Assembly (NCBI RefSeq): GCF_021869535.1
Contig: NW_026262581.1
Span: 141,484,001 to 141,548,000 of the forward strand
DNA length: 64,000 nucleotides
DNA from: Mytilus californianus
Taxonomy: Eukaryota
Reading direction: 5' to 3'
This document shows positions 50,405 through 61,300 of the stretch, piece after piece (the first letter of the stretch is position 1; each line of letters opens with the position of its first letter). The translations under genes and the position numbers were made by a program. The notes beneath the pieces are model-generated. The model saw only the letters and a list, made by a program, of their open reading frames with translations, had not been told where the DNA came from and searched no databases.

Positions 50405-50757
50405 GTTTTTGACTTTGAATATTTTTCTCTAAAAAGTATTTGAATTCTTCGATTAGTTATTCTATAAATACTACATATTTCCGGCATATTATCACAAGGT
50501 CATTATACATAGCTGGAAACCAGAGTAACGTGCCACGCTTACAAAAAATAGGCCAATCCCGGATAACCCAATGAGACCAACTTCAAATTACTAACAGAGA
50601 CATTTAATACAAATGTATTATATGTCTCTGGTACTAAATATGTTTATTTAGAGTCGGCATAGTATACAAACAAGGACATGTTATTGATAATTATTTTCAA
50701 ATAAAGCATTTAACATCATTTATCATAGTTATATTCTTTTGATAGTCCGAGTTTGTT

Positions 50758-52042
50758 GATTCAATTTGTATCTTTGAATAATGTTATGTCGGAACCCATG
50801 GAAGTTACATGTGGTGTCCCCCAAGGAAGTATCCTTGGACCGCTATTATTTTTAACATATATAAATGATATGTCAATCAATATTGATGAAGACTGTAAAT
50901 TAATTTTATATGCTGATGATAGCGCTATTTTATATACTCATAAAAATCCAGATATTATTTCTACAAAATTGGGAAAAGTTCTAGAAAAATGGTTAGTAGA
51001 TAATAAACCGTCTTTCACATCTAGGAAAAACTAAATGTATGCTTTTTGGACCTCCAAAAAAGATTAGATAAAATATTAATTTTCAGGTTAAATGTAATGA
51101 TCATCTTATCAAATCGGCAAATTGTGTAAAATATTTAGGAGTTCACATTGATATTTTTTTTAAATTGTGAACAAATAGTTTCCAATATCATAAAAAAAGT
51201 TAATGCAAGATTAAGATTTTTATATAGAGGAGAAATGCCAAATGTTTGGATACTAGATCAAGGATGACTCTCACATCTGCTCTGATACAATGCTATTTCG
51301 ATTATTACTGCTCTTCGTGGTATAGTAATCTGGGCAAAGGGATGACAAAAAAATTGCAAGTTGTACAGAATAAGGTGGTGAGATTCATCCTAGGTCTGGG
51401 TCCAAGGACTTAGAATTACATGTGATATTTTAGATAAAGTTAATATGCTATGTGTAAAAGATAGAGTTAGTCAACTTAGATTAAACCATGTATTCAATAT
51501 AAATCATGGACATGCTCCAGAGTATGTATGTGAACATTTTGATTTGAATAATCATAATACCAGAAATGCTGCACATGATAATTATTTTGTACCAAATGTT
51601 AAAAACTGTAATAAAAACAGTTTTGTCTATAATGCTATACAAGACTGGAACAAGCTACCAGCCAACCAAAAAAATATATCAAATAGATCTGCTTTTAAGA
51701 CTGCAATTAAAAATAACAACAAGAAATATAGAAACTGAAGATTTTTTATATGTTTTTTAAGAAAAAATTGATCTTTCTTTTTTTGGTGAAAGTCAAATTT
51801 TAACATATAATTTGAAATATTATTTTTATATATTTTCAAACAAGGGACCCCATTGGAAATAAGCTATACTATGTAAGCTTTTATGGGATATCCCAGTCTT
51901 CTTTCTAAGCACTGTTTTAACTTATATTATGATACTATTTTAAAAAAGTATATATATATATATATTATTTGTCTTGTTTTGTCTTGTGAATTTTTATATA
52001 TGTGCTTGAATTTATCTGAATAAAACTATACTATACTATACT
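50758..52042 (+). mobile_element. 5'-truncated L2/CR1-group LINE remnant
   Basis: CGVPQGSILGPLLFLTYINDM, LYADDSA, VKYLGVHID, later WNKLP; AATAAA at 52019 followed by a (ctata)n tail; 16-bp TSD atagtccgagtttgtt (50742-50757) / atagtccgaatttgtt (52043-52058). Confidence 0.9.
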
Positions 52043-52153
52043 ATAGTCCGAATTTGTTATAGGTCGAGTAAGTTAGGGCGATTTTGTTATAGGTCGAGTT
52101 TGGGTCAGTCCGAGTTTTATATGGGCCGAGTTAACAGGGAGTCGACTTTATTA

Positions 52154-52161
52154 CCGGAAGT
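52154..52161 (+). promoter_or_regulatory. ETS/GABP-type motif CCGGAAGT just upstream of the ABCD3-like start codon
   Basis: Exact CCGGAAGT ending 15 nt before the ATG at 52176, in a locally GC/CpG-richer patch; this motif is typical of animal housekeeping promoters. Confidence 0.5.
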
Positions 52162-52175
52162 TTATCTGGTGAAAT

Positions 52176-52282
52176 ATGGCAGCGCTCAGCAAGCTCACAC
52201 CGCAGAGGTCGGCAATCTTAACCGTAGCCGCTGTAGCTGCTTACTTTCTGTATAAGAAAATTGGTTTGAAACGGAAGACCAG
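52176..52282 (+). CDS. ABCD3: Probable exon 1 of a peroxisomal ABC transporter, ABCD3/PMP70-like
   Basis: aatATGG Kozak context; MAALSKLTPQRSAILTVAAVAAYFLYKKIGLKRKT(R), a hydrophobic stretch followed by a basic cluster, resembling my recollection of human ABCD3 MAAFSKYLT... and fly Pmp70 MPALSKL...; phase-2 donor AG|GTATAA. Confidence 0.6.
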
Positions 52283-52596
52283 GTATAAAGTTCATGTCCT
52301 TCAAACGTTTTCAAAAATTTAAGTCCGTAAGATTCCCTCGCCATTCAAAGAAGCAGTGTCAAAGTCCAACTTTTTGAAAGGTCAGAAAGTAGAACGTATA
52401 CATTTCAGTCAAATTATCCATAGATATCGACAGCCACCATCACGAATGCGTAGAGACTCTATGAAAATAGGCAGATGCTGTATAATTACCAATTACTGCA
52501 TGTGATAACTAACCCGTGTACAAAATGTAGGGGTATCCCGTTGTACCAGAACCTAGTCGTTCCATCCTTATTCAATAGGCTCCTTCATGGTTAGTG

Positions 52597-52767
52597 CAGC
52601 CATGTTGAATAGGGGGGCAGATTTTCATAATGGAGGTAAAAATGGTTTGAAAAATACGGGAAAACATTAAAACAGAGCAGTTGCTTGGAAACATGCATAG
52701 GATTTCCCGTACTTTCATACTATTTCCACCTCTATCCAAAAAATCAACCCCCTATTCAATATGGCCG
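52597..52767. repeat. Short inverted-repeat element (~170 bp)
   Basis: gccatgttgaatagggg pairs with cccctattcaatatggc; no TSD seen. Confidence 0.4.
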
Positions 52768-52885
52768 AAATAACCGTGAAGTGACCTATTTGGCCCAAAT
52801 GGATCCGATCCTGAAGGAAATTTTTGGGATCCTAATCATGCTTTAAAAGATGAATGATTTATTTGTATGAAAGTGTAAATTTAAC

Positions 52886-53657
52886 CAGTCAGGGGACTTA
52901 TTGAAATAAGTGATTTTTAAATCACTTATTTAAGTAGCAAATTCGAAGTTTTGTCACAAATTGTGGTTTTGTAGTTTTACCAAAATTTTAAACACATAGC
53001 TTTAAATAATATCTTTTCATTAGTAAAATTGAAAAAAATGAACTTTTTGCCTCTTTTAAGCATCAAGGTTTATGCCTTTGATGCAATCATTTAGCTGCAA
53101 ATTCTATTTTACTTGAAAAAATGCTATAAAAATGGCTTTACATAATGAACTGATACTTTCTCAACAGATTTTTCCCAGCAGTGGGAGAATTTTTCCTGTA
53201 AAATGCAAGGTTTCATCTTATAGATTATGTAATAAAATTCTACTGTTCACGATCAAAATTTCACTGTTCGGGGGTGTTGAAATTAGTGGGGGTTATTAAA
53301 ATAATGATACTTAAAGAAGTAATTTTTTGGAAGGAAATTGAGGTATGATACTTGAACAAGTGATTTTTATGTCATTATCCTTGATTTAGTACAAGGTCAT
53401 CACCTGACATGACCCGGTCATCCTATCAACACAGATGTTGGTTCTGATAATTTTAGCAACATAATTAGTTCCTGGATCATTAGTATTCTATATTTAAAGC
53501 TACAATAAAATTAAATCACTTAGTCTAGTGATTAATTTGTACTACTTAAATAGGTGATTATTAAAGAAAGACAACTCTTACTTCCAACTTTTATGTACAT
53601 AATGTTACTTGAATCAGTGATTTAGAAAATCACTCATTTAAGTAAGTCCCTTGACTG
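52886..53657. mobile_element. 772-bp MITE with CAGTC termini and 5-bp TSD (hAT5-like)
   Basis: ttaac|CAGTCAGGGGACTTATTGAAATAAGTGATTTT ... AAAATCACTCATTTAAGTAAGTCCCTTGACTG|ttaac; 32-bp TIR with 4 mismatches. Confidence 0.8.
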
Positions 53658-53999
53658 TTAACATTGATCATTGTAAACAAATATGATGAGTCACAGACTG
53701 GTGAACAGTATCCTCAATGATTGGAAGTTCCTTACCCTAACTCGAAACAGAAGAAAGAGCAAATATTATCCACTGTGAATGTAAATATTCTTTACTTATT
53801 TGCAAACAGTCTGATACACTTTATTGATGAATAGCCTCAGAAACATGGTCAATCTGTCTATGTTTCGTATTGTGATCCGATAAAATAAGTAGACATGCTT
53901 TTAAGTTCGTGACCTTTGTCTTGGACGGTGGCTTTTGCGCATGTGCAACAATAGATATAGGTCAGGCATATTGTAATATGAGGCAAGCATTACCTGTGA

Positions 54000-54472
54000 A
54001 AGGGGACGAAGTCTATATAAATTATTTTTTTTAATTCAAACATATTTTAAGTTCTAAATCTGTTAAAAAGGAAACGGAAATATCGTAACGTTTCAGATTT
54101 TGGTTCTGTTGTTAGGGATTTTAGTTGTGACGTTATTTTAGTTATGAGGTCATATTCAATGTAAACAAAGAAACGCTATCATCAGGTAACGTTTTTTCAT
54201 ATAAAAAAATAATTAGAAATGAAATTGTTATTGTGTTCCTTCCTATATTTTACTGGACTGATAAATATATATTTCACTCAAAGTCTCATGACAAACGACA
54301 CCGGAAGAAGGAATTAGATTTCTGCGCAAATGCGGGAATTAAAAAAAGTTACATAAAAAAAGTTAATGATTTTGAGTTCATTAGTACAATGAAAATTTCG
54401 GGAAATTTTCCCTATTTTTTTTTTTTTTTTTTTTATTGATTTTTCTTCTGTAATAGGGGACTTCGTCTCCTT
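54000..54472. repeat. Possible MITE with 14-bp TIRs
   Basis: aaggggacgaagtc pairs with gacttcgtctcctt (13/14); no TSD identified. Confidence 0.35.
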
Positions 54473-56772
54473 ATTATGTATTTAAACATTACAGAATAAA
54501 TTTGAGATCAAATAACAAATGAATATCTCGATAAAAAGAGAAATTGGGACATACTAACTCTTTTATTCTCCCTTCATCAATTATTTTAATTTTTACATGT
54601 GACTTTCAATGGTCAATTGGAAAGTCCAGAATTAAAACACTTAAAACACGTTTAAGATAACTATAACGATGTCACAATGTCATTAATGCATCAAAATATT
54701 TTTTCATTCAATTTGCATTAATGGCACAGGATTAAAATGCTTTTACGAGCCAATAATGGACATGTTTTGTTTTATCAAAATACATCAAATCAATTTCTGA
54801 TCTTAAAAAATCCACTCACATACAGAATTTAAAAAATAATACTCTTGGCCTTAAAAAAAGGAAAATGAGTGCCACATAGCCTGATATGCATGATATGTGA
54901 TGACTCATTGCTTAGATGTCAATAACATTGCTGAAAGGATTTTCCCAAGAATTCAACGAAATTCTAGGAGAGGAATAAAACAGTTATCATGGTTATAGTG
55001 GAAATAGATGTTTAAACAAATAATATGCAAGAACATAAACAACTTCTCTTTTTAAAGCCGATATTTGTGAACATGCAATGAAAAACATCCGGTTAAGATT
55101 ATTTGAAGTAGCACGTTGCCGATGATAAATACTTATGCATGACGTTAGGAGTAGTAAAGTGGAACTCCCGAAATGTCATGAACTTACAAGCATTACGAAC
55201 TTGCAATCATCGACGATACTTGCCTTGAAATTCTTTAGGGGGCTAATGAACACATGATGAAAATACGCCTTATCGCTATTTAGTCCAATCCTGAAAAAAC
55301 AGTCACTTAGACAACTTCCTGTTTGGGTCATCTGGCGCCAAAACAAAGGTCATCAGTAACGAGCTGAGAGAGGAAAAAATTTAGAAATTTAGAAAGCGAA
55401 CACTTTGAAACTTTGATAGATTATGATCCACTTTTTCAAAACTCAAATTAAAGTAAAAAAATGTTTTGTTTGAAGTGTTTACGATGGTTTAAACAGGTCT
55501 CTTTAAAAAGTGTTATGCATGATACAGTGTTTAAACAGGGCCCCAGACAGCTTCAACTGGATGAAAAAGTTGTGTAATTTCAGAACTTACCCGGAACGGA
55601 ATAAATAGTGATAAGGTGTATTATGCATCATGTGTTATATGAAAAAGATATAAAAGAATGAATATTGTGAAGGGGGGTTGAATGAAATGGACAGTTGGAA
55701 TAGGATTTTGAAGTTAGTTGTGAATAAAAATTAATTACAAGCCAGTTTGTTGTTTGTTTGTGTTTTTTTTGTTGGCCCTAATGAAATGGTCAAGTAATAA
55801 TCTAGACCATTACTGGACCAATTGTCCGGTAAATACGAGCAGACCTTTGGGGTCACAGATCACTGACACTGAGAGGATAACTACTGTTTGCCCAGGTGGC
55901 TGCTCTTTCCTTTTTAACTATTTCCTGAAAGCAATTTGAAAGAAGTACACTGGAAGTACATTTTGTAATACCATAATATAAGTAGTTCACAAGTAGAAAA
56001 CTGATGCCATGAAAATCATGTGGTCTGGATTTTTTTATACTTTTTAGTCATGTTAGTCATGTTAGTAGAGCATATGAATTTTATCTATAGAAGCAGAATT
56101 TTATAAGTCCGATGGGAACCCTTGAAAGTGTTTTTCATAAAGGGGCCGAATCGACTTAAAATATGGGCTGAATCAACATGAAACACATGTAGGCCCTTGT
56201 CTTTTGATCCACCCTTTTTGATATATTTGTAGTGTTTCCTAAAGGAGCTTTTGGCGTGGTATGGCACCCTGTCATTTTTTGGAAAAAAAATGGCGCCATG
56301 CCCCTTTTCTGCCTTATTTTATAACATCCTCCCATAATTGAAGATCAGTTCTGCGATTCATCTATTAGTAAGACCATTTCCCTTTGCACGAAATCAAAAT
56401 TTGTATGGCCAACATTTTATTGAATTTCAAAATTATGTGTTTGAACCTTTTTGAAGCGACCGAGTACTAATACTTGATTGAATCTAATAAGGACAACATC
56501 AGCTTTGTACCTCTACAAATTTAAAATGTAGACAATTTAGAAAGGAACCAGGCGATCGTTTGAGTAATAATTTTACAGTGCATGTGATGAACATTACGTA
56601 AACAATCAGCTGTTTGTTTATATTTTTATTTCAAGTATGACCACTTCAACTATTTGGTCAGTCGAAATGTTGGATTAGGGTGACTTTACGATGGCTTTCT
56701 TACTGTTATCTAAATAAAATAAAAAAGTTAAGAGAATATTTATTTATTTTGTATACTATTTATATTTGACAG

Positions 56773-56809
56773 AGCTGAAGAACCAGAAATTAAAGTTGTT
56801 ATACATGAG
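56773..56809 (+). CDS. ABCD3: Probable 37-nt exon 2 of the ABCD3-like gene
   Basis: Acceptor tttatatttgacag|, phase 2 to phase 0, encodes (R)AEEPEIKVVIHE in frame with exon 1; donor AG|GTATGT. As I recall, human ABCD3 exon 2 is also 37 nt with these phases (unverified). Confidence 0.6.
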
Positions 56810-56986
56810 GTATGTTGTCTGAATAAGTAGCTTGTATGTTTTGATATGCATGTCAGAGGTATGTGTTGTCTGGTGTAGTTACTTGTATGTTTTGTTGTAC
56901 ATGTCAGAGGTATATATTGTCTGGTGTAGTTACTTGTATGTATTGTTATACATGACAGAGGTATATATTGTCTGGTGTAGTTACTT

Positions 56987-58388
56987 AGATATAAGAAGAT
57001 GTGGTATGAGTGCCAATGAGACAACTCTCCATCCAAGTCAAAATTTATAAAAGTAAACCATTATAGGTCACAGTACGGTCTTCAACACGGAGCCTTGGCT
57101 CACACCAGTCAGGGATATAACTCTATAGGGTTATTACAGAAAAATAACATGCATTTGATACTGTGGACTAAAAAATCAAAGAACTGCGATAACATATGTA
57201 TGTTACATGTTTCAAAGGGGCAATATACATCATAAGTTTAGTTAAGATGTGTACAAATTCTATTGATATTACTATTGTCTTTATGTATACTTAACTATAG
57301 AAAGATATAACAGTTCATAGTTTGTCAATTTTTCCTAGTACACCTATGTTATTACAGAAAAAATTGCCTGTAATAACTAAAGGGTGTTATCACAGCTTCT
57401 CTATATCACTCCAAAGCATTTGCTCAGACACACATCATGCTTAATTACAATGTATTTTAATTTATTGTAAGAAATAATGACCAGAGCATGTAATGAGGTT
57501 CTGCACAAGCTTCCCAGTAATTCCCAAGTGTCTCATATATTAAGTTAAATTCCTTTCATAACTAAGCCTTGTTATTATTTATCCCTTAAAAGCCTCGTCT
57601 CATTGATTAACCATGGTTAATAAAAATGTAATTAATTTAATTAAAGAATTAGTTATCAATGCTATGCATTTAGTTTCTGCGCAAAGTCTCAAGAGTTCCC
57701 TAGAGCCCACTATAAATTGATTTATTTTACTAATTACAAACATATGTTATTACAGATTTAGAAAATTTAAAGAATAAAGAGTAGACAACTCATGAAAGTA
57801 TCTGTAATAACACACGCAAGTTATTTTCTGTAATAACCCTATAGAGTTATATCTCTGACTGCACACCGAACAGTAAGCTATAAAGGGCCCCAAAAAATTA
57901 CTAGTGTAAAACCATTCAAACGGGAAAACCAACAGTCTAATCTATATAAAAAACCCTTTTTCTGAAACAATAGTGTAACATCACAACATAGAAAGACACA
58001 CTATAAAATATCAACTGAAATAGCTTAACTCAATCAAAGGACATATTAACAACATTGAACATACACTGAACAAATAAATTTGACCTATGACACAATGTTA
58101 ATACAAAATAAATAAACTAAGGGAAGAATAATAAAAGTAACATGTTATATCGGTAAGAAATGTTAAACAATTAAAGAAAAACAATATGCTCGAACAAAAA
58201 TACCATCCATTTGCAATAACTTTAAACACAGGTAAATGAAAATAATTTTGTTGTTAGGTATATGTGTACAGTACCAATAGAGAAAGGAAATATTTTTACA
58301 AAATAAATAATTTTGATGTTCATAGTACGAAGTGAACATTTATAGTTATACCAAACACTTATCAAATCTGGTATATAGACCAGATATA
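56987..58388. mobile_element. Composite insertion in the satellite: family-A-type dispersed repeat (inverted), itself interrupted by a MITE
   Basis: Satellite breaks at gtagttactt|agatataagaag and resumes at ccagatata|acttgtatg. The host reads ggctcacac...cgaacag across the inner MITE. Confidence 0.7.
57106..57861. mobile_element. 756-bp MITE with CAGTC termini and 5-bp TSD (hAT5-like)
   Basis: cacac|CAGTCAGGGATATAACTCTATAGGGTTATTACAGAAAA ... TTTTCTGTAATAACCCTATAGAGTTATATCTCTGACTG|cacac; ~42-bp TIRs. Confidence 0.88.
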
Positions 58389-61300
58389 ACTTGTATGTTT
58401 TGTTATACATGTCAGAGGTATTTGTTGTCTGGTGTAGTTACTTGTATGTTTTGTTGTACATGTCAGAGGTATGTTGTCTGGTGTAGTTACTTGTATGTTT
58501 TGTTGAACATGTCAGAGGTATGTTGTCTGGCGTATTTACTTGTATGTTTTGTTATACATGTCAGAGGTATGTTGTCTGGCGTAGTTACTTGTATGTTTTG
58601 ATATACATGTCAGAGGTATGTTGTCTGGTGTAGTTACTTGTATGTATTGTTATACATGTCAGAGGTATGTTGTCTGGTGTAGTTACTTGTATGTTTTGTT
58701 GTTCATGTTAGAGGTATATGTTGTCTGGTGTAGTTACTTGTATGTTTTGTTATACATGTCAGAGGTATGTTGTCTGGTGTAGTTACTTGTATGTTTTGTT
58801 ATACATGTCAGAGGTATGTTGTCTGGTGTAGTTACTTGTATGTTTGTTATACATGTCAGAGGTATATGTTGTCTGGTGTAGTTACTTGTATATTTTGTTA
58901 TACATGTCAGAGGTATTTCTTGTCTGGCGTAGTTACTTGTATGTTTTGTTATACATGTCAGAGGTATGTGTTGTCTGGTGTAGTTACTTGTATGTTTTGT
59001 TGTACATGTCAGAGGTATGTTGTCTCGTGTAGTTACTTGTATGTTTTGTTATACATGTCAGGGGTATGTTGTCTGGTGTAGTTACTTGTATGTTTTGTTA
59101 TACATGTCGGATTATGTTGTCTCGTGTAGTTACTTGTATGTTTTGTTGTTCATGTTAGAGGTATATGTTGTCTGGTGTAGTTACTTGTATGTTTGTTATA
59201 CATGTCAGAGGTATATGTTGTCTGGTGTAGTTACTTGTATGTTTTGTTGTTCATGTAAGAGGTATATGTTGTCTGGTGTAGTTACTTGTTTGTTTGTTAT
59301 ACATGTCAGAGGTATATGTTGTCTGGTGTAGTTACTTGTATATTTTGTTATACATGTCAGAGGTATTTGTTGTCTGGTGTAGTTACTTGTATGTTTTGTT
59401 ATACATGTCAGAGGTATATGTTGTCTGGTGTAGTTCCTTGTATGTGTTGTTATCCATGTCAGAGGTATATGTTGTCTGGTGTAGTTCCTTGTATGTGTTG
59501 TTATCCATGTCAGAGGTATATGTTGTCTGGTGTAGTTCCTTGTATGTTTTATTGTTCATGTCAGAGGTATATGTTGTCTGGTGTAGTTCCTTGTATGTTT
59601 TATTGTTCATGTTAGAGGTATGTTGTCTGGTGTAGTTACTTGTATGTTTGTTATACATGTCAGAGGTATGTTGTCTGGTGTAGTTACTTGTCTGTTTTAT
59701 TGTTCATGTCAGAGGTATATGTTGTCTGGTGTAGTTCCTTGTATGTGTTGTTATCCATGTCAGAGGTATATGTTGTCTGGTGTAGTTCCTTGTATGTTTT
59801 ATTGTTCATGTCAGAGGTATATGTTGTCTGGTGTAGTTCCTTGTATGTTTTATTGTTCATGTTAGAGGTATGTTGTCTGGTGTAGTTACTTGTATGTTTG
59901 TTATACATGTCAGAGGTATGTTGTCTGGTGTAGTTACTTGTCTGTTTTATTGTTCATGTCAGAGGTATATGTTGTCTGGTGTAGTTCCTTGTATGTTTTA
60001 TTGTTCATGTTAGAGGTATGTTGTCTGGTGTAGTTACTTGTATGTTTGTTATACATGTCAGAGGTATGTTGTCTGGTGTAGTTACTTGTATGTTTTGTTA
60101 TACATGTCAGGGGTATGTTGTCTAGTGTAGTTACTTGTATGTTTGTTATACATGTCAGAGGTATGTTGTCTGGTGTAGTTACTTGTATGTTTTGATGTAC
60201 ATGTCAGAGGTATGTTGTCTGGTGTAGTTACTTGTATGTTTTGTTATACATGTCAGGGGTATGTTGTCTAGTGTAGTTACTTGTATGTTTTGTTGTTCAT
60301 GTTAGAGGTATATGTTGTCTGGTGTAGTTACTTGTATGTTTTGTTATACATGTCAGAGGTATGTTGTCTGGTGTAGTTACTTGTATGTTTTGTTATACAT
60401 GTCAGAGGTATGTTGTCTGGTGTAGTTACTTGTATGTTTTGTTATACATGTCAGAGGTATGTGTTGTCTGGTGTAGTTACTTGTATGTTTTGTTGTACAT
60501 GTCAGAGGTATGTTGTCTCGTGTAGTTACTTGTATGTTTTGTTATACATGTCGGATTATGTTGTCTCGTGTAGTTACTTGTATGTTTTGTTGTTCATGTT
60601 AGAGGTATATGTTGTCTGGTGTAGTTACTTGTATGTTTGTTATACATGTCAGAGGTATGTTGTCTGGTGTAGTTACTTGTCTGTTTTATTGTTCATGTCA
60701 GAGGTATATGTTGTCTGGTGTAGTTCCTTGTATGTTTTATTGTTCATGTTAGAGGTATGTTGTCTGGTGTAGTTACTTGTATGTTTGTTATACATGTCAG
60801 AGGTATGTTGTCTGGTGTAGTTACTTGTATGTTTTGTTATACATGTCAGGGGTATGTTGTCTAGTGTAGTTACTTGTATGTTTGTTATACATGTCAGAGG
60901 TATGTTGTCTGGTGTAGTTACTTGTATGTTTTGATGTACATGTCAGAGGTATGTTGTCTGGTGTAGTTACTTGTATGTTTTGTTATACATGTCAGGGGTA
61001 TGTTGTCTAGTGTAGTTACTTGTATGTTTTGTTGTTCATGTTAGAGGTATATGTTATCTGGTGTAGTTACTTGTATGTTTTGTTATACATGTCAGAGGTA
61101 TGTTGTCTGGTGTAGTTACTTGTATGTTTTGTTATACATGTCAGAGGTATGTTGTCTGGTGTAGTTACTTGTATGTTTGTTATACATGTCAGAGGTATAT
61201 GTTGTCTGGTGTAGTTACTTGTATATTTTGTTATACATGTCAGAGGTATTTGTTGTCTGGTGTAGTTACTTGTATGTTTTGTTATACATGTCAGAGGTAT

